From: Adineta vaga
Taxonomy: Eukaryota; Animalia; Rotifera
DNA length: 64,000 nt
Assembly: GCA_021613535.1 (NCBI GenBank)
Contig: CP075492.1
Coordinates: 11,036,001 to 11,100,000 of the forward strand
Reading direction: 5' to 3'
Below are positions 40,001-52,661 of the stretch, one piece after another. The notes under the pieces were generated by a model. The model saw only the letters and a list, made by a program, of their open reading frames with translations. It had not been told where the DNA came from and did not search any database. Numbering within the stretch: the first letter of the stretch is position 1; every line of letters begins with the position of its first letter. The translations under genes and the position numbers were made by a program.

Positions 40001-41684
40001 TTAGCAAAATATTTCAGACCAATTTTCCAGCAATATACACATACTCAATCAATCCTCAAACTCTATCTATTTTTTTTCTATAGAAAGATCATATACTAAC
40101 AGGAAAAAAAAGGAAGATTCTAACGTTATATAAAACCGAGCGTGTGATATCTAAATATTATTTCGCAATCAAACATCGAATTATCTAAACGAATGAAAAA
40201 ACACATCTTACATTTCCAGTCGATCTTCTAATCTATGTCGAGCTGTCATTGTCATTTCTTTTGTTTCATTATCTTCTGCTAACATTGACACATAATCCTA
40301 AATTGAAATTGAAATCAAAATATGAATAAAAAATGTTTTGTTGTTTTCTTACATCAATAGAGGTACGTGGTGATGGTATACCCATCAAAAATCGATCTTT
40401 TGATTTCATTGAAAGACTCTGTTCCATTGAAGGATTTATTGAACTCAATGATGTTAAATATCCATCAAGTGCTGCAAAATAATTTGTTGGTTCTAACTGA
40501 TTTCGTACATCAGAAACACGTCGAAACATTGTATATGCATTTGTATAATTTTGTTCATAAAAATAAATGGTACCAAGATCAAATGCAATCTATAAGATAT
40601 CATTGATCAATGTCTATGAATATATTAGACAAAATAAATTCATTCTTACATGTGCTAAACAATCAATGAGCGGATAAACTTGTGTACGAGACCAATCACA
40701 TGGTACTGTACCATTTTCAATATCAATTAAACCAAAACATGCATCGACAGGTATGCGTACGATAGATTTCCATTCTAATAGAGCGTCTAATGCTTGAATA
40801 CTTTCTCTCACTTTTACACGTGCCATTTCTATAACATTTTCATTTGGTCCACGCATATGTTGCAAAGGATTAACATATCCAGCTCTAGAAAGACACATTT
40901 CATCTAAATTTCAATGACAAATTCATCCTACACATTGACTTGAAAGATTTTAGGTTGTTTCATTGGAAAGGATGATTGAACACATGTACGTACAGTCCTT
41001 TATAGTAACAAAATAAAATCTACTAAGATTATTCTTTATTGAACACATACCATCGATGTAATAACTGAACAGCGAATAATGCTGGTTCATCAACTTTATT
41101 CAATTGTTGTAATTGTTCACGATCTTTATAATTCTTATCACTTTGAGTAGTTAATCGAACGAAACAATGAATAAGATCTGATGCAACTGCAACTGGAATA
41201 CTACAAAAAAAAACAATCAATAGATGTGTGCTTTATCATATATCGATAATTCTATTAGCCTACCGTTTTTCAATCACTGCTAAATTCCAATTAAGTTTTG
41301 CTGCTATTTTCATAGCCAAATGTCTCAATGCTCGAATTCGATTATCTTTCAATTCGATATCATCTAAATAAATACTCTAGAATCATTGCTTTCATATACA
41401 TTCGATTTTCATACTTGGATTTTCAGTTGCTGTTTTAAGTTTAGTTTTTTGTTCGATTAAATTTGCACTAATTAAAAATTGTATAATCAAATCTGTACCA
41501 GCAATTTCTTCAAATAGAATTTAAAAAAAGGTTTGCATTTATGATCTTTGTCAATTATTCGATGTGAAAAAGAATTACCAAGATTATCTTCTGTAAGGAA
41601 TGTATCTAACAATGTTGGATTGAGTAAAAATTCAAACCAACTTGCTGTTTGAGACTGTACAGATGATGGATATTCACTCATCAT
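37096..41684 (-). CDS. INTS8: Integrator complex subunit 8; multi-exon
   Basis: N-terminal SWFEFLLNPTLLDTFL; LAMKIAAKLNWNLAVIEK; C-terminal TQVACICQLL..PDYNIIFKTLQE...YYECIWDLALLESL. Confidence 0.85.
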
Positions 41685-41903
41685 ATCTTATCTACAATAT
41701 TCATATCTTTATTAAAGTAATCACACAAGAATAGTAATAAAAAAGTAGAGATTTTCTTTCTTTTTTTTCTTGTCTTAGTTTCAAAATATCCTTCTCGAGA
41801 AATATAATAAAGAGAGAAAGAGCAGCTAAGCTGCTTACAAAATAACAATAACAAATGATAACAGCAAAAAACACACAAATATATATATTATTTGGAATTT
41901 GAT

Positions 41904-44498
41904 TTAATTATTGGATGAACTACTATCAATTGCCTCGGGAAAGTGTTCATGATATCGTTCGAGACGTAGGTATTTTGCAATAATTTCTCGACCTAAAACA
42001 TAAACGTCTAATGTTTGAAATTGAAAATGTATGCAAGAATTTACCATGATATTTCCAACTATTAAGTAAATGAAAACCTTGAGAAGCTGCTTCCTTTGAT
42101 GAAAATTTCAAATAAACATAAATTGAATGTATACCAATATGTTCGATTCTTCGTACAGTTGCACAACGATTTTGTATGCTATCAACAACAAGATCGATTT
42201 CGTCATCGTCAGCAATACTAAAATATAATAAATCGAAATTTAATTCATCCAAACTAAACATAATAATCGTCTAGTTTATTATTATTCTTACGTGTCTGGA
42301 TCGAAGAAATTTCGTAATTTAAGACATTGTGTGAGACCAATATCGGGTGGCATATAAACATAACTGTCTTCTGTTGAACTAGTTGGTGATTCCTAAAACT
42401 AACGATTAGAAAATATTTGAAATTTATTGAAGAATTTACGGCTCGTCTTTTTCTTGGTGATGGTGGACTTGATGATGAACGTGGTTGTATCCATCTCCAA
42501 ACGTCATGTTCTTCCCCATGAATTAATTGTGACTCTGTACGAATACGTGATTCACTTTCACTAATCTGTTTTTTTGCTCGTTCCCAAAGAATTTTCAATT
42601 TTTTACTACAAATCAAATAGATTCAATTAAAACGGAAATAAAATATTTAGAAAAATACGAACCGATCATGTTCTGGAATAAGCATATCACGAATATGATT
42701 TATTGCAATCCATGGTTTTGTTTCTGAATCACGTATATGTTCATCATATTGTTCTTCCAATAGATTGGTTATTTTTTGAATAAAAACTGTATATGTCTTT
42801 TCACTTTCTTCACGTTTATTCGAATGTCGTTTCCAAAGCCATCCTAATGTCAAAAAACCAGTCGTACCTGAAATAAATCCGAAATTAAATGTATGAAAAA
42901 TAAGACGAAGAATATACAAATACCTAATAGAAGCCAAACTAAATTTTGCATTAGAGATTTAGCACTCTTTTGAATACGACATGTTAAGGAATGTATTCCT
43001 CTTTCTGTACTCAATTTTGCTGCATTTTCCAAAGTCGTCGTTCTAGCATTCGTGGAATCCCATACCCTAAAAAAAAGATCCTTACATAGAGAAGGTAAGC
43101 AAACATAAAACAACAGATATAAGTTATTTATGCAGATTTATCTAATGTTTGTGATTATCCAAGATCATATATGTAAACTATTCGAGTTACTCAATTTAAA
43201 CGTCAACTGTAGTCATTCTGATGATTATAACTCAATAACTTACGAAATGCCATGATCTTCTTCATTATTAAGTACATATGCCACTAATGTCTGCCAACGT
43301 GCATTAGAACCATCTTCAAATTTGAATCCCTAAAACAAGATAAATAATACATATTGTTATACAGATGTGAATTATCCATTTTACTTTTTTATCAAGATAT
43401 TGATTTAGTTCCTTTTCTGTAACATAACGTTCAATCTTTTTGCGAGCGCCACAATCGACTTCACCTAAACAACAAGTCACATTCAAACTATTTCTTAGCT
43501 TTCTAGGCAAACTATTACCAGCTCGAGTTTCAAGATATTGTTTAACAGTATTGTATATTGGTATCATTTCGTCACATTGTGTCTACAATACAATGATGAT
43601 TAGATAGAATTGATTGATTCATTCATTCATTATAAAAGAATCACTTACTGCGTTACTAGGAGTACAGGTAATACCTTTAAACGAAAGGGAAGGATTAGAA
43701 TTGAATTCTGAAATATAAGACATATACCTCGTGAATGTGGAATAATATCATGTGCCTTCTTTTTAGCAGAATTAAACCACCACCAAGAAGTAAACCAATG
43801 AATACCATTTTGAGCGCATTTAAAATCACATCCTTATTACTTTTCCAAAATGATTGAATTTGTTTTTGTGTACGACTAAACCATGACGGTCCTTTTGGTT
43901 TAGTTAATTCAGGTTTTAATGGTGTTCGTGAACGAGATGAAGTTGAAGTTGGACGAAGAGGTGTAATCGATGATGGTTCGTACTTAGATGAAGATATATT
44001 TGATTGTTCAGCACGAGTTCGATCACGTACAGAAGTAATTAATTGTTCAATTTCACGACGACGACGAGCAACTAAATGAAAAGAAAGTAATCTTATTTAT
44101 AATTATCGAGATGAAAACTTACTTGATTCCTCGACATCAGCTATTACACTTGGAGATGCTTGAGTATTCCGTCCAACAGCAATCGAACGTGTTTGCGGTT
44201 TTGCGCCTCTTGCCGAAGAACGTGATGGTAGATAATCATTAGCTGATGATATATCTGTTTCTGAATCACTTAATTCAATTAAACCACGTACAGGTCGTGA
44301 ACGAGTTGATGTACGTGAAGGCGAAGTCGTTCCACGTGTACGTGTTGGTGATGGTGATGTACGAACAGGTGAACGTGAGCGTGCTCGAAGAACTTCAAGT
44401 CGAACACGAAGCTGTTCACGATTACGTTGTGTTATTGGTGGAACTGTTTCACCTAATCTTATTAATTCTTGACGTAATTGTTGATCACTAAGAGTCAT
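41904..44498 (-). CDS. LEMD3: Inner nuclear membrane LEM-domain protein MAN1 (LEM, TM, MSC, C-terminal RRM/UHM); multi-exon
   Basis: LEM domain MTLSDQQLRQELIRLGETVPPITQRNREQLRVRL; MSC domain PWIAINHIRDMLIP...LWERAKKQISESESRIRTESQLIHGEEHDVWRW; RRM VYLKFSSKEAASQGFHLLNSWKYHG...YHEHFPEA. Confidence 0.88.
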
Positions 44499-45352
44499 CC
44501 TACTTCTTATATCTTTTTCAAAAGAAACGAATGTCTGAAATATTAATAAATTCAATACAAAATCATCATTGCGAAACAAAGACTGAAGAACGTGAATGTT
44601 ATGAAATGAACAGACAGACAAAGAACCAGCAATCATTCGTTATAATAATAACTAATCAGAAAATGATGCCTGAAGTGACATCTAACTCGTTAATCATCTT
44701 ATCGCTTCATAGTAATTTTTCTTTAATTCCTTTAAGTATCTCATAGTTCATCCATTGTATTTAGTTATGAATTCTTTGACAATGTTAAAGAAAATTGATT
44801 ACTTTCCTATACGCGAGAAATTCATTATAAAAAAAGTCTACATTTTTAACATTGAACGTTGAATATTTCATCTAAAGTTTACATATAACTCGTTCAATAG
44901 ATATGCAAATATATATATATAAGATGTATTCTTGCTGCCATGATACTTGTTTGTCTTATGATCAGACATGTATATACATTTTGAAAATGAAAAAAAAAGT
45001 CATTGTCTTAAACAAACAAATCGACAGATGAAGGGAGAGAGAGAGAGAAAGAAAAAGAGAAGTCGTCGAACGTCAAACAAACTCATTTGCTTGCAACAAT
45101 ATTTGATATCTTGTTGTATTTATTCTCAATCTCTACTAGAATATAGATGGAAATCATAGTAGAGAGAGAGAAACTTACCAACCGCATACAGTAGAGAATA
45201 CTGTACAATTGATCAGCTGGTTATAGATGCTTAAAGAAGGTAGTGTGATGATTTGATTCTTTTCTCTCATTCTCTCTGTCCCCTTTCACTTGCCTTGTGT
45301 CAAAGACATTCTTTTTTTAATGGAATTTCAAAATACATCATACATTGAAATA

Positions 45353-45430
45353 AAGAGAGAGAGAGAGAGCGCGCGCGCGAGAGAGAGGGAGAGTAAGACG
45401 GCGCTACACACTCACACATATATATATATA
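45353..45430. repeat. (GA)n / (GC)n / (TA)n simple repeats in a probable promoter region
   Basis: agagagagagagagagcgcgcgcgcgagagagagggagag...catatatatatata seen directly. Confidence 0.7.
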
Positions 45431-46644
45431 CTCTCAGCGAACATTTTCATAATTCTCTCTCATTTTCTTCTCTTCTCTATACTTTTTCTGCAACAACCAT
45501 TCTCTCCTTCATTCAACATAACAGTCTTCTACTTGTCTTTACAAAATACACATCTAAAAAAACCAGTTCGATGTTTATTCATTTCAAATGAGTAAGTTAA
45601 GTTAATATCAATGCAAGTTTATCCTCTATCATTCAACATGTATATCTGTGACTACTGAGAAAATAAGAAAATGTACATTTCAAGCAATATATGTCATTGT
45701 CATTAAGCATTGATAGAATTTCACACTCACTTGAATCACTTGCAGTTCTCTATGTTCGAATGTCAATTTCCTTTATTTTCAGACAGATAGATTGAGACTT
45801 TTCTTCATTTTTGAGCAATTTGACGTGATAGCGGAAATGCATTCGTTTTTCTTTGTCGCATCTTTTCTTTTTTCAACTTAACCTCACACATTACTTTTTC
45901 CTCATTTTACGTCTGTCGTTTCAAATCATCAGTCGAAACGCTTGATGACGTGCATGTGCATATTCCTTCAAGTAGTCGTTACGAATGAATAAGACGCGAG
46001 CGGTAAAGAGAGAGAGAGAGAGAGGGGTAGATGGAAAGAAACGAGAAAGGAAGTTATTACAGTAGAAATGAAAGAAAATACTTAAATCAGTGCCAGAAAG
46101 ATATGATGAACAATTTAGACAGTACATACATCTACCTGCCTACGAATTTCCTCTCATCTATATGTTATTCACTTAGTTGCATTTAATCACTTTACTCTGT
46201 CGTTACACTTGAAATAAAAGAGCTTTTATGTTGTTCTTTTAGGGAATGAAAAAAGGGTATTTTTACAAAGTGAGATGAGAACCATACTTGAAAGAGAAAA
46301 AAAGAAGAAGGTCGACTTAAATGTAATGAATTCATCAAGCGAAACATCGTTCCAAAAGATGTATGATTAGTATTTAAAAAAAAGAGAAAGAAAACTGACA
46401 GCAAACATTCTATTGATGTTAGTTTACTTTTTTTTTATTGTTGGACAAGTAATGTCAGTTTAATTCTGGTAGGTTAAAATCCATCGATTCAAATGTCTTA
46501 TTTTTAGAATGCCGACCATAGACTTGTTCTTTTTTTCCCTTTCTTTAAATCAACATCTCATTTACTACGCTTTTTTTCATCTCATACATACATACATACA
46601 TATATATATATATACAGTTAACAATCATTCAAAAAAAACATACA

Positions 46645-46725
46645 CCGTTCATTATTGAGATGTATCTTTACTGAGCGGTTGATTTCTAATATTCCGCTTA
46701 GTATCGCTGCATCTTCAACAATCGG
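46645..46725 (+). ncRNA. Candidate pre-miRNA-like hairpin
   Basis: TTGA-GATGTA..TACTGAGCGG [15-nt loop] CCGCTTAGTA..TGCATC-TTCAA, extended by ATT/AAT and CCG/CGG. The two G-U wobbles only pair on the + strand. Confidence 0.45.
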
Positions 46726-47314
46726 ATTCGGTATAATCAATCGAACGATCTTAATATCAAAAGAATTTAAAAGACTATCATTGGTTAATATCTAATCATT
46801 TGCATATATTTTTCTGTTTTTCTTTGATGTGCATGTTAACAATACAATTCATAAAAGGTTTCTTTATTACTACACAAAAATACTATCAAACAGACACGTC
46901 ACAATCAAGAATCAAATAAAAAAAGGATCTATTGTCTTTATTCATAAAATAGGTCTTTAAAAGACATATCGTCATTTTCTTATCGATTAAAAAATATTCA
47001 CTTTGGCAGACTGAATACGGTTCTTGAAACACCAAGAAAATGATATTCACTGAAAGCATTCTGTTCGTTCAACATACTCATGAGAAGTACATATTTTATC
47101 TAAATGTCATGAAAAACCGCCTTGTTCAACAAACATTCTTCATGATTTTCAATGATAAACATAATAAATTTGAATTGTACTACATAATCAAAGCTTAATT
47201 ATTTATTTATAGAGAAGTCTGATCAGATCAGGTGTAACAAAAAATTTCTTCTTCTTCTTCTTTTTTTTAAAGTAAAACTTAAATTTATCATGCATGTTTA
47301 GGAAATAAAATAAT

Positions 47315-49607
47315 TTAAAAACCCAAGGGATGTACTGGTACAGTTGCTTCTTTGTTGACAATTTCTTTTGCTAATTCACTCATTAATCTTGATCGTTCAA
47401 GAAAAGCTGAACTTTGAATGAGTTTAATATTATTATTGATTCGATCATAAGCTTCTTCACACCAAATTCGAACTAAATTCGATTCATGTACAGCTGATGG
47501 TGATTGATTACGAAATGAATGAGAACAACGTGATAAACTTGCTGCCATCGTGTATAAATCAATAGTAATATCACCAATGCGATAAACAATAAATTGTTCA
47601 TCACGAATTGTTTTTCCATGTTTGAGAAGAACTTGTTCAATCATTGAACCGAAACTATCAATCGATTTTGATAATAATAAACCCGATGATTGAAGTGATG
47701 AATGAATATGTTCATTTATATTTGGACCTGTAGTCATTCCTATTCCACGACGTAAACGTTTCGAACTTTCACCCATGATGACATTGAAATTAAAATTTTT
47801 TACTGCTTTCTGTAATTCACGTAAATGTAAACCAACATATTGTAAACCAGTGAATGCGACAAATAAACGAAGTATATCATTAGCACCTTCGAAAATACGG
47901 AAGATGCGTAAATCTCGCATAACTCGTTCTAATCCCGTTGCTTTCATAAATCCCATACCACCATGAATTTGAATTGCTTCATCTAAGACAAACCATGCTG
48001 ATTCTGATGCAAAGACTTTACCAATAGCTGCTTCACCTATTTATTATTTTAATGATTAAATAAAGATAAATAACTTATAAAATCGTTCTTACATTGATAT
48101 TCAGGAATTCCTCGATCCATATTTTGTGCCAAAAGAAATGCTAGACTTTCTGTTATATATTGTCGCATTTCCATACGAACAAGTTTCTCTTGAACATTAC
48201 CATACATATCAATAGTACGACCGAATTGACGACGATTTTTAGCAAAATCCTATAAACAATTTTCGACGTTTTTTCCAGATATGATTTTCTCTGTAAAAGA
48301 AATAGCTTACAATTGATTTTCGTATTGCCATTTTCATTGTTCCAGATAAACCAGCAACCATACCAAATCGACCATTATTTAAAATATTCATTGCAACCTT
48401 TAGAAGAAGAAGAAAAAGAACTTAACAAACTCTCTTCTCTGCTCTATAAACTTACTTTAAATCCATTACCAACTCCACCAAGTACATTTTCTACTGGAAC
48501 TTTACAATCTTCAAAATAAACTTCAGCTGTATTTGATGCTTTAATACCCATCTTTTTTTCTGGTGGTCCATGTGAAAGTCCACCAAATTTTCTTTCAACA
48601 ATGAATGCAGTCATTTTATTGCGTGATTGACCTGTTTTTTCATCGAAACTTGGTGTTTGTGCAAATACAGTAAATACTTCTGCAAGACCACCGTTCGATA
48701 TCCAAATCTTGGAACCATTTAATATATAATGTTTACCATCGGGTGAAAGCTCCGCTTTTGTTTTAATCGATGCTGCATCACTACCAGCTGAAATCGATAT
48801 AAAATCATGATAGAAGAAATTTTCAATATTTAAAAACAGTATACCTGATGGTTCTGTAAGAGCAAATGCAGCAAGCTGCTCTCCTGTTGCTAATTTTGGT
48901 AGATATTTTTGTTTTTGTTCATCGGTACCAAATAGAAGAATACCCTTGAAACCAATCGACTGATGTGCACCAGTACAAATCGAAATAGCTAAATCATGAG
49001 CACTAACAACTTCAAAGAGACGAGCTGCTTGTGTATTGGTTAAACCAAGACCACCATATTCCACAGGTACTTGAATACCAAATGCACCTTGCTCTTTTAA
49101 ACCATTCATAACATCTTCTGGAATCTACAAATGAAAAATAAATAGATTAGTGATGAAGAAACAAATCTTCTAGAATTGAAATACTTCTTCTAGTTGATCA
49201 TTTTTAGCTGGATCATTTTTTTCTTCAAAAAACTTCCAGATTGGATCAATTAACATTTTTACATTATCGCGTTGTTCTTCGTTCATTACATTGGGATATG
49301 GAAAGATTTCACTCGGATAAAATTGACCTCGAAATAAATTCAAGACAAATGAATTGGATGATCTCGCTTGTTTATCGAGTTTATTTTCATCAGAAGTTGA
49401 TGTTGGTGAAAGTCGCTCTTTCTTCGTTCGTTGATGATCTTTACTCTCTTTCGATTGTGGTCGTTGTTCATTAATTAATGATTCAGGTGTCACCGGAGTC
49501 GAAGCTAAAGGTGCAGTTGCTGCATTTCGATAAATAATCGATCGATTTAATACATTTACATAACATGGAACACGTCGACAAGCAGTATTAACAAATGTTG
49601 AAGTCAT
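47315..49607 (-). CDS. ACADVL: Very-long-chain acyl-CoA dehydrogenase, mitochondrial; multi-exon
   Basis: [100 protein letters not shown]. Long C-terminal extension ending HPLGF. Confidence 0.92.
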
Positions 49608-49825
49608 AATCTGAAAAATAACTTTTTGTATGTTTTTATCTTACGTAACATATCTTAGTAGAAAAAAAAACAAAATAACAAAACAAGTTGTAGTTTTTAC
49701 GATGATACGTAAAGAACGCAAAGAAATACGTAGACATACATTGTCTAGGTAGGTCATATAGAACGAAATAACAAAGTCCATATATGATATATATATATAT
49801 ATGCATATGTGGACTTTAACCATTC

Positions 49826-51139
49826 TCAGTTATTGTTAACTGTTGCTTTTTTTCTTCGTTTTTCTTCTTGTTCTTCTAATCGTTGATTTTTACGTTTATA
49901 ATATGAACTATCACCTGGATCACCGCGAGTTTTGAATAATTGTTTAAATATAATTTCAAGTGAATTGATATTATTCATTACATTATATTCTTTCGTAGCT
50001 AATATATTACTAATTGATAAATCATTGTCTTGGATATATTCATTTTTATCACATGCAAGTACTGCCGGTGTATTCACTTTGAATAAAGTATGATTATCAA
50101 ATAGAATATATAAATCATTTAATGAAAGACAATAATTAACAATTGTTCCATATTTCGAATCAAATGTTAATTTACGTTGTTCATTATTTGATTTTTCTAG
50201 ATTTGTTAAAGTTGTTAAATAGATTGAATGATTACGATCTGCATAGATTGATACGGCAATAAAGACATCTGAAGTAGATGTTACATCTATCTTCCAAATG
50301 GAATGATTGAGAGATGAAGAATCGTGATTTTCCGATGTTGAAGATTGACCATAGAAGATTTGTTTTGAAGATGAAGAGAATGTCTTCGAATCGAATACAT
50401 TCACCTGAACACAATCAGGTAAATGCCAAAGACGAAGTGTACCTAATGAGAGGAGAATTTAGCGAAAGATCTTTTACAAGAAAACGAAAGACAAACCATC
50501 GCCTGAAGCAGAAAGAATTCGATTAGAATCGATTAATTTCACATGAGAAACAAATTCTCTATGACCAAGACAATAACCTTCGATATTATACGCATTTGGA
50601 TAATGACTTAATCGAATTTTTTCATCTCGATCAGCTGTTAAAATAAATTCTTGATTATCATTTGTACGAACAAAAGAAATATCAAGTAACATAGACAAAT
50701 GTCCCATAATACAATCGTCGGCTGTCAAAACAAGATCTGTTGTTGTTGTTGATAAATTTGTTTGATAAACATCACCACTTTTATCGGCAATAAGAAGAAA
50801 TTCATTAGTTAAATCTAATGCCGAAGCCCGTTTAATTACTGTTATGATTCGCTGTAATTGCCAGTAAGTTTTCTTATCATCGGAAGGTATGTAAATATAT
50901 ATTTGTTTATTCTGTCCATTGATAGCTAATTTTTGACCATCAGGAGTAAATCTAATGAGATTACGATTGAGATCACATGAATTTTCATCATCGTCTTCAG
51001 TTTTCTGTTGTTTATCATTCGATACATCAGGTTTAAGATATTGCCATTGTTGGGTATCGTTTAGATTGAATACAATAGCAGCACCATTTCGTAATGAAAC
51101 AGCAAGCCAATTGGTTGAACTGATTGTTAATTCAGACAT
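49826..51139 (-). CDS. WDR4: tRNA m7G46 methyltransferase non-catalytic subunit WDR4/Trm82; 2 exons
   Basis: LIADKSGDVY, MGHLSMLLDI, ILTADRDEKIRLSHYPNAYNIEGYCLGHREFVS, LSASGD|GTLRLWH; basic C-terminus YYKRKNQRLEEQEEKRRK. Confidence 0.92.
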
Positions 51140-51218
51140 CTATTAAAATGTAGTGAATCTAAAATCGAAAACAAATATAAACATTAGTTTATTATTCTAT
51201 TTTCATTTATTTGTTTTC

Positions 51219-52334
51219 CTAAATAACCGGGAAATCAAGGAATTTAAAATCATCGAAATGATTGTGAGCTTGCTCTTGACTACAATTTCTCATCTCATTA
51301 TCACCTAAAATGAATCTTTCAATATCATTCACATTAAATTCATTGAATAAAGAATCATTTTCAGTTGAATTCACAATTGAGTCGTTGACGATAGGTGTTT
51401 CTTTCTTCCGTTGTTCATTTACTATTACTTCATATTCAGTTCCACATTCCAAGACATCTTTTTTCTTAATTAATACATCTAAATCATGTTTATCTTTCAT
51501 ATGTAATCGTAATTTCGATGCATGAAAAAATTCTTTTGTACATAACCAACAAACAAATGGCTAAAACAGAAAAGAAAACAATAATAATTTCGTATGACTT
51601 TCTTTTTGTACAATAGACCTTATAATCTGCATGAATGATACTATGTTTTCGTAGATCATCATTACATCGAAATGTGGCTTGACATCGATCACATACATAA
51701 GGTCGTTCATCAAGATGTCCACGTATATGTACTTCAAGTTTGCATGGTGCAATAAATGTTTTCTTACAATATGGACATGCATATGGACTAATACCTAAAT
51801 GTCGTTGAATATGATGCCGTAAATTACCCCATTGAGAAAATTTTGATTCACAAAAATCACATGAAAATGGTTTATCTATTGAATAAAGAAATGATGATTA
51901 TCAGTACATACGAGAAAAAAAAATTACGAACCTCGTGTATGTACTCGTTGATGTTTTCGTAATGCATATGTTGATGAAAATGTAGCTTTACATTTTTCAC
52001 AACTTAATGACGAGATTTTCTTTTGTGATTTCGAATTTTCTAAATGAAGTATTTGACCATGTTGATTTATATGTCGTTGTAAACGTTCCATTGATACAGT
52101 AATTAAACCACATATGGGACATGTATATCGAATTGATTTTGGTCCACGTAAACATGTTTTATCTGTTGAATGACGATTTGTTAGATGTAATAATTCAATA
52201 TTAGTTAAACGTTCGATTCTTACGACAGAAGCTTTGATTGTTGAATTAGCAAGAATCCAATCATTTGGATTTGTCATATTAAAATGTGTTGGATTTAAAC
52301 AATTGAGAAATATTTCATCAAGATTTGACATCAT
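51219..52334 (-). CDS. C2H2 zinc-finger protein (about 6 fingers); 3 exons
   Basis: CPICG..HINQH, CEKC..HQRVH, KPFSCDFC..HIQRH, PYACPYC..HIRGH, RPYVCDRC..HSIIH, PFVCWLC..HMKDKH, joined by TGEKP-like linkers. Confidence 0.9.
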
Positions 52335-52661
52335 TTTTTATATTTTGATAATAATCAATTACAACAGACAGACAGACAGACATGTTCGTGTTTCGAAGTT
52401 CTATTGGAGAATGATTTTCATTCGATAGATGCCACACTGACCGATGAGTTATTATTTGCATAGACAATATTAAGTGTGATTGATTTTTCTATAGTTGAAT
52501 TATATAAATTCGAAAGTCTTTTAAGATTTTATTTTATTTCAATAACCAGTAATCAGCGTCCTCTATTAAAGATTCACACAATTGAGTATATTGGACGATC
52601 ATTAGTAAAATAAAACGATTTCTTTACTTTCGACAATTGATTGTTGTCAATTTCTTCGATT
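52335..52661. promoter_or_regulatory. Probable bidirectional promoter (ZnF gene / GOLGA4)
   Basis: Head-to-head start codons 327 nt apart, with two opposite-facing copies of YAGAKGNCRC (52426-52435, 52556-52565). Confidence 0.55.

Noticed and set aside
50232-50414. Apparent frameshift between WDR4 exons
   Set aside because: Using the acceptor at ~50445 (cattag|GTACACTT) gives the in-frame conserved GTLRLW, so the gene is intact.
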